From contig JBLIRP010000081.1 in the NCBI GenBank assembly GCA_049472355.1, positions 1 through 17,208 of the forward strand: a stretch of DNA of 17,208 nucleotides, given 5' to 3'. The position numbers and the translations under genes were made by a program. How positions within the stretch are numbered: the stretch's first letter is position 1; every line of letters starts with the position of its first letter. The notes beneath the pieces are model-generated. The model worked only from the letters and a program-made list of their open reading frames with translations, had not been told where the DNA came from and did no database searches. Positions 8,666 to 16,974 of the stretch are shown here, in pieces. The stretch comes from a bacterium. GTDB lineage: Bacteria > SZUA-182 > DTGQ01 > JAFGSM01.

Positions 8666-9999
8666 TGGCTGAGATCAGGTCGTTCAAGGGCATCATATAT
8701 AATAAGGATACGATCGCGAACCTTTCCCTGGTCATTGCCCCTCCCTATGATGTCATTTCACCCGAGCATCAGGATCATCTCTATGAGCAAAGCCCCCATA
8801 ACATTGTCCGCATCATCAAGGGGAAGGAATTCCTCGATGACGACGAGTCGGACAATACCTCTATGCGGGCCAATCGATACTTTCAGCAATGGCTCGGGGA
8901 GGGCATCCTGCGCGAGGAGCCTGAGGAGGCCATCTATGCGTGCCAGGACGAATACAGGCTTCCCAACGGAACGAAGAATGTGCGCAAGGGATTCCTGGCC
9001 CTCTTCAGATTGGAGGATTTCGGTACCGGCACCATTTATCCCCACGAGAGGACATTGGCCGGGCCGAAAGAGGGGCGGTTACGGTTGATGAAGGCATGCT
9101 CGGCAAATTTCAGTGCGGTGTTCAGCCTGTATTCGGACCCGGAAAGGCGGGTTGAGCGCATCATGGAGGAGGTCTGCACATCCGCTCCCGATATCGAGAT
9201 CCTCTCGCAGGAAAGGATCCTGCACCGGGTATGGAAGATCAGCAATCCGGGCCATTGCGACGCGCTTGTAAAGGCCATGGCGGGCCAGCGCATATTCATT
9301 GCCGATGGCCATCACCGCTACGAAACCGCGCTGAACTACCGGAGGCTCATGCGGGAAACGCACGGAAGCGCTGGTGATGTCGAGCCCTACGACTATTGCC
9401 TGATGTACTTCAGCAATACCGATGACGAAGGACTGAGCATCCTGCCGTATCACCGGATGATCAACAACCTGTCCCCGGATCTTCTGGAAACACTCCCGGA
9501 GAGGGCAAAGGAGTGGTATGATGTCAAGCACATTCCCTTCGACGGCATTGCCGTAACCGAGGCCGCCGCCCGGAGGAATCTTACCAGGCTCATGGCGCTC
9601 ATGGGAGGCAAACGTCCCGCCTTCGGTTACTACACAGGGGGCCGGCGGTACACCCTCTTTGTCCTCAAGCATCACACGGATATTAACGACATCGTCCCCG
9701 GAGGGGGATCTCACGCCTGGAAATCACTCGATGTCAACATACTTCACTCGCTCATCTTCGAGAGGATATTGGGAATTTCCCCCGAGGATTTCGAAAAGAA
9801 AGGCACCCTTTCCTTTACCCCGGATATGATCAAGGCCATCGATTGCGTGAACATGAAATCCGTGCAGGCGGCGGTGTTTGTCAATCCCACCGGCATTGAG
9901 CAGGTCAAGGTGGTCGCCTTGAATGGGGAAAAGATGCCCCAGAAATCGACCTTCTTCTACCCCAAACTCCCTACGGGATTGGTGATGCGAAGGATTTAA
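8665..9999 (+). CDS. DUF1015 family protein
   Basis: APPYDVI, IYPHERT, IFIADGHHRYETA and C-terminal MPQKSTFFYPKLPTGL. The GTG start shares a base with the upstream TAG, and a GGAGG RBS lies upstream. Confidence 0.88.
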   Translation: MAEIRSFKGIIYNKDTIANLSLVIAPPYDVISPEHQDHLYEQSPHNIVRIIKGKEFLDDDESDNTSMRANRYFQQWLGEGILREEPEEAIYACQDEYRLPNGTKNVRKGFLALFRLEDFGTGTIYPHERTLAGPKEGRLRLMKACSANFSAVFSLYSDPERRVERIMEEVCTSAPDIEILSQERILHRVWKISNPGHCDALVKAMAGQRIFIADGHHRYETALNYRRLMRETHGSAGDVEPYDYCLMYFSNTDDEGLSILPYHRMINNLSPDLLETLPERAKEWYDVKHIPFDGIAVTEAAARRNLTRLMALMGGKRPAFGYYTGGRRYTLFVLKHHTDINDIVPGGGSHAWKSLDVNILHSLIFERILGISPEDFEKKGTLSFTPDMIKAIDCVNMKSVQAAVFVNPTGIEQVKVVALNGEKMPQKSTFFYPKLPTGLVMRRI

Positions 10000-10092
10000 G
10001 CGCATCAGTGCGCTGCACGGACATATGAGCGGTCAACGCCTGCATTGACCGTGAGATCAGAGATAAACGCAGATAACGCAACCCTGGGATAA

Positions 10093-10133
10093 AATCAAAG
10101 GGCCGGGAATCCAGGATTCCCGGCCTTTTGATT
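10093..10133. terminator. Bidirectional intrinsic terminator between convergent DUF1015 and hsp20 genes
   Basis: AATCAAAGGGCCGGGAATCC-A-GGATTCCCGGCCTTTTGATT: 20-bp inverted repeat with one mismatch and A/T-rich flanks. Confidence 0.8.
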
Positions 10134-10150
10134 CATCAGGTTTTTAACCC

Positions 10151-10606
10151 TTATTTCACGTTGACCGTGATCTTCTTCGCCTTCTCATGCTCGGCCTTGG
10201 GAAGACTGATCTCCAAGACCCCCTTGCTGTAATTCGCCTCGACCTTGTCGGTCTTGACCTCGGCAGGGAGCATGAACGATCGGGAAAAGGAGCCGTAGCG
10301 ACGCTCGGTCAAATGGAGGTTCCTCTTCTCCTCCTTTCGTTCCTCCTGTTTCTCCCCCTTGATGGTCAGTATATTGTCAGCCACGGATATATCCACGTCC
10401 TTGGGGTCAATGCCGGGCAGTTCCGCCTTCACAATGACCTCCTTGTCGGTCTCCTCTATATCGACCGCAGGGGAACCGAGGAACGCATCGCCCAAGAAGG
10501 CCTTCTCCATCGGCAGAACACTTCCGAAGAACCGGTCGAAGATGGAATCTATGTCCGTTCGAAGATCCATCAACGGATGGGCTTCTCTCCAGGGTATCAG
10601 TGCCAT
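10151..10606 (-). CDS. Small heat shock protein (Hsp20/alpha-crystallin family)
   Basis: PAVDIEET, VKAELPG, LTIKGEK, ERRYGSFSRSFMLP, ANYSKGVLEISLPK, C-terminal I-T-V motif. AAAGGAGG RBS. Confidence 0.96.
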   Translation of the reverse strand: MALIPWREAHPLMDLRTDIDSIFDRFFGSVLPMEKAFLGDAFLGSPAVDIEETDKEVIVKAELPGIDPKDVDISVADNILTIKGEKQEERKEEKRNLHLTERRYGSFSRSFMLPAEVKTDKVEANYSKGVLEISLPKAEHEKAKKITVNVK

Positions 10607-10719
10607 AGTGTATCCCTCCTTTCCTCAGGGTGCGGAATGCATAATTGTATAAGCATCTACTAATATACCATAAATATAATATTTTTCTTTATGGCTTATC
10701 ATTTATTGAATGTGTTATT

Positions 10720-10748
10720 AATGTAATATCATCGGCAGGGATTGTCAA
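10720..10748 (-). promoter_or_regulatory. Sigma70-type promoter candidate for hsp20
   Basis: Minus strand TTGACA (10748-10743), 17 nt, TACATT (10725-10720). Confidence 0.55.
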
Positions 10749-10781
10749 AAATGTCATTAGCCAATGCTATCTGCGCAAAGG

Positions 10782-11026
10782 TGAAGGGGGGGGCGCCTGT
10801 GTGCCTGCGGACGAGCACTACAGCCTGTGGCGAAGCTGAGGAAAAGCACGCCGCCAACCAAACTTTGTTAGAGCGGAGCGGAGCGAAGCTACTATAAAGA
10901 GGCTTCTTTTGAAAAGCTGGAAGGCTTGCTTTGTTTTTAGGCCCGAAGGGCGAGTTGAGGCGTGCCCGAAGCAAGCCATACAGGCTGTGTGCAAGGGAGC
11001 CGAAACAAAAGGCGCACCCCACTTCA
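10782..11026. repeat. 245-bp nested imperfect palindrome (MITE/REP-like element or structured RNA)
   Basis: Terminal inverted repeats match at 15/17 (TGAAGGGGGGGGCGCCT vs revcomp TGAAGTGGGGTGCGCCT). Inner IRs ACAGCCTGT/ACAGGCTGT and GCACGCC/GGCGTGC. GC-richer than its AT-rich flanks. Confidence 0.6.
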
Positions 11027-11053
11027 ATAACATATTGATTAATAATTCAAAAA

Positions 11054-13480
11054 TCAATCCATGTAGAAGTTGAGCCGCTCGGCCAGGAGTCTGAATGATT
11101 TGACAAGGGAGGGGGGCGTATCCTTGGCATGGTTACTGGTGAGAGCGGGGAGGGTATGATGAAGGAAGGAATAGTACAGGTTCTGTATCTGCCACATCTC
11201 AATGTCCAGCTTGAGCTTTTCAGCAATATCCAGCAGGGTGTGTACGGCATATATATGATGCTCCTGGTGCGGATGTTCAATCAGTTCTTGCAGGGCGTCT
11301 TCAAGGTGCCTTTTGATGCGCTCTTTCACTACGGGCTTGCATAAACCAATGCGCCATATTCTCCCTTGATCAATTATTTCAAGGATCTCTTCTTTATTGT
11401 TCCTGCCGCCCATAAGGCTTTCGATTGCCTCCTCGAGATCCATGGATAACGAATAATCCGCGGCGATGAGAAACCCCTGAGGCACGGGGATATCCATGTC
11501 CACGAACTGGCCCATGATCGCCTTGTTGTTTTCATAGATGGCACGATAGGTGTCAGCGAATTCCCTTTTAATGTTCTGGCTCAGCAGGTCCCCGATCTTT
11601 CTCCGCTCATCGAGAAAAAGGTCTTTCAGGCTGAGAATATGGCATTGGAAGCTGCTGTCCAGGTCCTTTTTGACATTTTCCACCTTTCCCAGATTGAATT
11701 TCCAGAAGTGATACTTGGTGAGCTTCAAAAAGCTGTTGGCGAATGTTGAATCCTTCAGATAGGTAAAGAAATGGGGCCCATCCATATGAAGGACGGCGAA
11801 ATAGGCATTCAGGGATTCCTGGGTGATGGTATGCACTATCCTTACCTTTCCCATTGCCAGGCCCTTTCCGTCCTTGATTCCCTTTTGGAAGTCCTTGACA
11901 TCGATCTGGAAGCAGTAGATTCGTTGCGCCGGCGCGTAATTCTCAAACAGGGAACTGATGGCGTAATGGCTCAGTACCTTTTTCAAATCGAGCTTGAGCG
12001 GGAGAACCTCCCGAAGGTAGATATCCTTGCCCGTCCCTCGTGCATGGACATTGCTCCGTGCCTTGGCAAGTGTCTCCAGAAACGGTGCCTCGATATCCTG
12101 TTGAGTGAAATGTCCTGCAAGCTGGATCGCCCGTGATGCATACTTCAGGATCTGCACGGCCTCTAAACCGGAGATGTCGTCGAAAAACCAGCCGCAACTG
12201 GTAAACATCAGGTGAGAAAACCGCTGCATTTCCATCAGTTGCAGGACCTCGATCCTTTTGGATTCCTCGATGGAGCGGACCTGGTGGCGGGAAAAGAATT
12301 CATTCCTCCGTCCTTCGGAGCGGTCCAGTATGCAATCGATATAATCGACGAGGGTCTCCCAGGGGTCCTTCACATGCTGCCGTGCCTGTTCTTCATAGAT
12401 ATCATCGAGCACGTGTTTCAGTTGCTGGAGGGCCGTGCGGAGCGGTTCCCGCCATTTCTGGTTCCAGTGAGGATGGTGCCCGGAGTGGCATCCGCAATCC
12501 CCGCGCCAGCGCTCGATACCATGGCAACAACTCCATGAGGTATTCTCGATGATTTCAACCTGGAACTGGGGGGGGTGGATCTCCAGAAACTGCCCGTAGT
12601 TGATCAGCTTTATATTCCGTTTCTCTATGCTGGAGAGCACATAGGCCAACGCCATATCGCCGAATTTGAAATGGTGTCCGTACGATTCGCCATCCGTGGC
12701 CACGGAAAGGATGGAGGGCCATATCCGATTTGCACTGAAACCCGACAACAGACGGTTGATAAAGATATCACCGCTGCTGAGCACCTTATCGAATGCGATT
12801 GAGTTCGAAATGGGGCCGTCGTAAAAGAAGATGTCGATGAAGCGATCATCGTCCAAAAAGCAGCGGTAGGGGAGCGTGGGATCGATCTTCCCTCCCCTGA
12901 CGTCCATCCATTCATAGGCATTGATCCTTTTTATTCGGGATGCCTGATGGGGTGCGAGGATGGTGAATCTGATTCCCGCCTCGGCCAGAAGATCAAGGGT
13001 CTCCCGGTCGACCGCGGTCTCGGCAAGCCACATCCCTTCAGGGGACCGGCCGAATCTCCTTTGGAAGTCCCTGATTCCCCACTGGATCTGTATCCATTTG
13101 TCCCTCGGTTCTGCAAGGGGCATAATGACATGGTTGTATACCTGGGCGATGGCATTGCCGTGCCCGTTTCGCTCCTGTGCGCTCAGGCGGTCTGCTTCGA
13201 GGATCGATACATAGACCTTCGGCGCATGGCGCTCCATCCAGGAAAGCAGGGTGGGACCGAAATTGAAGCTCATGAGATGGTAATTATTTGAAATCGCGAG
13301 GATCCTGTTCCGATTATCAACAATCCTTGCAGCGGTGTTGGGTGCGTAGCATTCCGCAAGGATCTTTTCATTCCAGTCATGAAAGGGCCTTGCCGAGTCC
13401 TGGATTTCCAGCTCGTCCAGCCATGGGTTTTCGCGGGGAGGTTGGTAAAAATGCCCGTGAATACAAAGATATCGTTCCAT
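11054..13480 (-). CDS. Glycoside hydrolase family 57 protein with DUF3536 domain
   Basis: CIHGHFYQPPRENPW, SFNFGPTLLSW, AQVYNHVIMPL, nucleophile region GMWLAETA, FFYDG, acid/base region ATDGESYGHH, SWSCCHGIERW, MFTSCGWFFDDISGLE. Confidence 0.93.
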   Translation of the reverse strand: MERYLCIHGHFYQPPRENPWLDELEIQDSARPFHDWNEKILAECYAPNTAARIVDNRNRILAISNNYHLMSFNFGPTLLSWMERHAPKVYVSILEADRLSAQERNGHGNAIAQVYNHVIMPLAEPRDKWIQIQWGIRDFQRRFGRSPEGMWLAETAVDRETLDLLAEAGIRFTILAPHQASRIKRINAYEWMDVRGGKIDPTLPYRCFLDDDRFIDIFFYDGPISNSIAFDKVLSSGDIFINRLLSGFSANRIWPSILSVATDGESYGHHFKFGDMALAYVLSSIEKRNIKLINYGQFLEIHPPQFQVEIIENTSWSCCHGIERWRGDCGCHSGHHPHWNQKWREPLRTALQQLKHVLDDIYEEQARQHVKDPWETLVDYIDCILDRSEGRRNEFFSRHQVRSIEESKRIEVLQLMEMQRFSHLMFTSCGWFFDDISGLEAVQILKYASRAIQLAGHFTQQDIEAPFLETLAKARSNVHARGTGKDIYLREVLPLKLDLKKVLSHYAISSLFENYAPAQRIYCFQIDVKDFQKGIKDGKGLAMGKVRIVHTITQESLNAYFAVLHMDGPHFFTYLKDSTFANSFLKLTKYHFWKFNLGKVENVKKDLDSSFQCHILSLKDLFLDERRKIGDLLSQNIKREFADTYRAIYENNKAIMGQFVDMDIPVPQGFLIAADYSLSMDLEEAIESLMGGRNNKEEILEIIDQGRIWRIGLCKPVVKERIKRHLEDALQELIEHPHQEHHIYAVHTLLDIAEKLKLDIEMWQIQNLYYSFLHHTLPALTSNHAKDTPPSLVKSFRLLAERLNFYMD

Positions 13481-13490
13481 TTAGCACCCT

Positions 13491-13519
13491 ACTATACTGA
13501 ATCGGCTATACCCTGTCAA
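13491..13519 (-). promoter_or_regulatory. Sigma70-type promoter immediately upstream of the GH57 start
   Basis: Minus strand TTGACA (13519-13514), 17 nt, TATAGT (13496-13491), then only 10 nt to the ATG. Confidence 0.7.
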
Positions 13520-13861
13520 CTCCATGTGATGCCGGAAGAGGCACCGATACCGGTCACGACCGCCGGTTCCTATCCCTTTAATCGGCCTTCATCCGCTTCC
13601 ACCCTTTATTATTGGATGGATTTTATCCCAAATAACGCAATCCATCACAGAACACGGATGGCACTTAGTAGTCTTATATGCCAAACGCATTATCATAAAA
13701 GAGTGCCCAACCAAGAATAACACTTTATCAATATCAATACCTTTCTCTGTGCCCTTTGCGTTCCCCGTGGCAGGTCTATAATGCCTCCGCCAGGTTGACA
13801 ATCCGGGCATTGGTAAGGCCACAAATTGTGTGTTGTGATCCCTGAACCTTGGCGGTTGGAT

Positions 13862-13894
13862 AAAAAAAGGCAGCGGATTTTTCCGCTGCCTTTT
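13862..13894 (-). terminator. Intrinsic terminator of module B
   Basis: AAAAGGCAGCGGA-TTTT-TCCGCTGCCTTTT hairpin with a 7-U tail on the - strand, 28 nt past the large-gene stop. Confidence 0.88.
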
Positions 13895-13922
13895 CGAATA
13901 ATCTTATGGAGAGGAGACGTAA

Positions 13923-16268
13923 TTAGTAGGTCCACCAGGGCTTTACATCCAGGAAGAACTCCATGACCGCGTAGCCTCCCCTGATGTCGTAGAACACGAT
14001 TTCCACCATATAAGACCCGGGAAAGTTCGACTGGAAGGTCCAGATAAAGGAACCGTCCGGTGCACTCCCGCAGGAGCCTATGTTGCATGATGCATACAAC
14101 TGATCGCCATCGGGATCTTCCACCGCAAAGTTGGGGGTGTGCAGGATGAACTCCTCGCCCGCCTTGATGACCACCGGCTGGGTGGGCCCGCCGAGGATGA
14201 TGGGCGGATGGTTCAACCACGTGCCTCTGTTCACGGAAAAGATGGTGATCTCGCCGAACCCGAGTGCCCCCCGGGCATCCCGGCAGGTTATCACCGCATC
14301 ATAGGCGCCCTCGAACTTCGGCACCCAGCCGATCAAACCGCTGCACGGATTGATTATCTGCTCGGTCCAGGGACCGTACTGGTAGCTGGGGAGTCCGTTG
14401 ATGGTCAAGTTCCAGACCATGCCCTCCATGTCGGTCCTGAAGTTCGCGTTGAGGGGAAACCCCGGGATGTGGGTGGTTGCCGGAGGCTGGCCCATGGAGA
14501 AGATGAAGCAATCGGGATCGATGAAGTTGACGATGTATTCACCCAACTCGCCCACGTAGAAGATCTGGTCATCGATATCGAGCTGCACCACGGGGGGATA
14601 GTTTTCCATCGGGTAGTTCACCACGCTGATGGGGAAGGTGCGCACGTCGGAGTGAACCCCGTTGGTCACCTCGATGGTCACGATCAGGTCCTCGAAATAC
14701 ATCGGCGTGTAGTCGAGGGCCGCGATGTTCGGCCACACGGTTACCCCTGCATTCCATAGGGCGCCTTCCAGGAGGAAGGTGAGTTCCGGGCGATAGAACG
14801 GTTTTCCATAGGCCGCGATTACATCCAGGGCCGCATAGTAGGCGGGGAAATACGTGGGCATCCCGTCATACGGATACACCGGGAGCGGCTGGAGCAGGAA
14901 TGCCTGGACACCATTGGCGCCGTAGCCCCCGACGGTGGCATTCCATCCCAGGGTACCCTGTGCGATCACGCATTTTGCCATCTCACCGCCCAATCGCATA
15001 TTGGCATCGGCAAAGATGGGCAGGCTGAGGTCCACCACGAATTGGTCCCTCTTGAACAGTGCGGCGATATTGGGATCGTTTGTTCCGAACAGATTGGGAT
15101 CCGCGCCCAGATCGGTCCAGTATTTTACGACCGGATCGTCGGGATCATTGGGGTCCTCGACCAGCAGGAAATTTTTGGGATTGAGCATCAGATCGCTGAC
15201 GTGGTCGCATTCGCTCCTGTGTCCGTCAACATCGTGGGTGGCGATGTTGGCGCCTGCATAGTCCGCAAAGAACAGGAATCGATAGGGCTCGAAGACCTGG
15301 GCATAGAGGGGCCCCATTTCGAACAGGTCGGGGTAGTCGAGCATTTCATGACCCGTATCGGACCTGAACATGAGATTGTCCAACCTGAACATCTGGCCGC
15401 TCAGGAGAATGGCATTGGCCTGAACCATGTACCAGTCCGATCGTTCGGAGGATTCAATGTCGTCGGACGCATCCACCGCAGCCTTGACCGCATCGGGCAG
15501 ATTGATCCAGACCACGTGCCATGATCCGTCAAGGAGACCTCGGCCCAGATACACCATCACCTCCATTGATCCTGCAGTGGTGCCGGAGGAATCCCTGAAC
15601 CCGGTAACCGCTGCCTGATAGCCGTACATCCCTTCGGTGCTGTTCACCGGTCCGATACAGGCGCCGGCGGGGGGCTGCAGAGGCACGAGCCTCACGGTGA
15701 TATCGTTTGGTATTGACGCACCGGTGTACCCGGTCACGGCAATTTCGAAGATGTCCCACTTTTCAATACCGAGGGGCGCCCTGAACTGGAAGCTCAGCAC
15801 GGGATCCTTGGTGAGATTGATGAAATTTTCCCCGTCCTGGTCAACGGCACTCGGTGGGCTGTAAAGGCCATGGAGAATCATATGCTTCTCGTAGGGAGTG
15901 CCGAGCAGGAACACGGAAGCGGGACGATACACATCAAGCACCCTGCTTCCCTCCTGCAGATCAAGCACGGTGTTGAAGATGGTGGCGTAGCCCATACCGA
16001 ACCCATAGGTCGGATATGCCGGCTCGGACTGTCTCCAGCCATGGTTGTATGGACTGTCCCAGTATTCGAAGTTGTCGATAAGGATATCCCCTTCTCCCAA
16101 AAAGGGATCTTCCCATGTCGGGACCTGTAGTGGTTGGGTAGAGAATGAGGGGAAACTCCACAGCGGCGGGAAACCGAAACCCACCTGGGCCACGGCTGCA
16201 GTTTCGACCATCACCATAACCAGGGCCACAACCACACACACAATCAAGGTCTTCTTTACACTCTTCAT
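13923..16268 (-). CDS. Large secreted protein, paralog B (781 aa); probable N-terminal CBM/galactose-binding-like domain and C-terminal cadherin/Ig-like repeats
   Basis: GAGGTG RBS 7 nt before ATG 16268. Signal peptide ending AVA|Q. ILIDNFE...GW...WHVVWINL...RLDNLMF pattern. Two NxPP...DPD repeats. Ends KPWWTY. The CDS is secure; the domain calls are tentative. Confidence 0.85.
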   Translation of the reverse strand: MKSVKKTLIVCVVVALVMVMVETAAVAQVGFGFPPLWSFPSFSTQPLQVPTWEDPFLGEGDILIDNFEYWDSPYNHGWRQSEPAYPTYGFGMGYATIFNTVLDLQEGSRVLDVYRPASVFLLGTPYEKHMILHGLYSPPSAVDQDGENFINLTKDPVLSFQFRAPLGIEKWDIFEIAVTGYTGASIPNDITVRLVPLQPPAGACIGPVNSTEGMYGYQAAVTGFRDSSGTTAGSMEVMVYLGRGLLDGSWHVVWINLPDAVKAAVDASDDIESSERSDWYMVQANAILLSGQMFRLDNLMFRSDTGHEMLDYPDLFEMGPLYAQVFEPYRFLFFADYAGANIATHDVDGHRSECDHVSDLMLNPKNFLLVEDPNDPDDPVVKYWTDLGADPNLFGTNDPNIAALFKRDQFVVDLSLPIFADANMRLGGEMAKCVIAQGTLGWNATVGGYGANGVQAFLLQPLPVYPYDGMPTYFPAYYAALDVIAAYGKPFYRPELTFLLEGALWNAGVTVWPNIAALDYTPMYFEDLIVTIEVTNGVHSDVRTFPISVVNYPMENYPPVVQLDIDDQIFYVGELGEYIVNFIDPDCFIFSMGQPPATTHIPGFPLNANFRTDMEGMVWNLTINGLPSYQYGPWTEQIINPCSGLIGWVPKFEGAYDAVITCRDARGALGFGEITIFSVNRGTWLNHPPIILGGPTQPVVIKAGEEFILHTPNFAVEDPDGDQLYASCNIGSCGSAPDGSFIWTFQSNFPGSYMVEIVFYDIRGGYAVMEFFLDVKPWWTY

Positions 16269-16290
16269 AGCCATACACCTCACTTTTGGA

Positions 16291-16683
16291 TTATTGTAAG
16301 AGCACCCAACTCAAATAGTATGCAGGATCACCGTATGCGTAGGTCGGATAGCTGAAACGTGCATAGGGAATCGGCGTACCCGGCAGCGTTGTATAGGGAA
16401 ACGTGGTCTGATACGGAGACCCGAAGTACGGATAGGTCTGGATACCGGTGCTGTTATAAACATACGCCGTTTCAGGGGTCAAGAACGGCGAGAAATGACC
16501 GAATCCGAGCAGGTATCCGTTGATTGTATTGAAATAACCGTAACCGGTAAAAAAGAGTGGATTTGTATAATAATATGATGTAGGGAATGTCTGGGCCGGA
16601 ACACCTGATATCAGAAAGCAGGTGACGAGGATCGCCAGGCTGCCTGCCGCGAGCCATACCCTCAAAAACTTGACATTGACCAT
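16291..16683 (-). CDS. Small secreted Tyr/Pro/Thr-rich protein, paralog B (130 aa)
   Basis: GAAGGAGAG RBS. 30-aa signal ending VPA|Q. 100-aa mature part aligns without gaps to paralog A. Stop lies 22 nt before the large-gene start. Confidence 0.88.
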   Translation of the reverse strand: MVNVKFLRVWLAAGSLAILVTCFLISGVPAQTFPTSYYYTNPLFFTGYGYFNTINGYLLGFGHFSPFLTPETAYVYNSTGIQTYPYFGSPYQTTFPYTTLPGTPIPYARFSYPTYAYGDPAYYLSWVLLQ

Positions 16684-16755
16684 AACCACTCTCCTTCGGG
16701 CCTTTTTACTGAAAAAAGAATCACTTCATATCTTTCATTGTTCCGTACCTGACGT

Positions 16756-16766
16756 GAATCACCTCC
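16756..16766 (-). promoter_or_regulatory. Conserved orphan Shine-Dalgarno-like motif GGAGGTGATTC in 5' UTR of module B
   Basis: Identical to 746-756, at an equivalent position. Confidence 0.45.
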
Positions 16767-16958
16767 TTGTTTGATTCATCCCTTGTATTGCTGTCGCGTT
16801 TATATTTTCATGCCCGATTATGCAACCGGACATGGGGTTTATTTCTTCAACCACCATCCATAAAAAAATTATCATAAAATCACTGGTAAAGTCAAAAATC
16901 AGCAGTTTTTTTCATCTATTTCAGATGCACTGTAACATATCGTTATTGTGGTTATTAA

Positions 16959-16974
16959 AGCAAAAAACATGCCA
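16959..16974 (-). promoter_or_regulatory. Sigma54 (-24/-12) promoter candidate for module B
   Basis: Minus strand TGGCATGTTTTTTGCT: GG and GC separated by the canonical 10 nt, close to the TGGCACG-N4-TTGCW consensus. Confidence 0.55.

Noticed and set aside
10000..10080. CGGTCAA/TTGACCG hairpin and AGATAA(A)CGC direct repeat
   Set aside because: Too short and only two units. Not a CRISPR array or a recognisable element.
13658..13710. CIRCE-like sequences (ATGGCACTT-N9-ATATGCCAA; also TTAGCACCC at 13481)
   Set aside because: Several mismatches per arm, and they are upstream of GH57 rather than hsp20.
13795..13823. TTGACAATCC on the + strand as an antisense promoter
   Set aside because: No -10 hexamer at 16-18 nt spacing.
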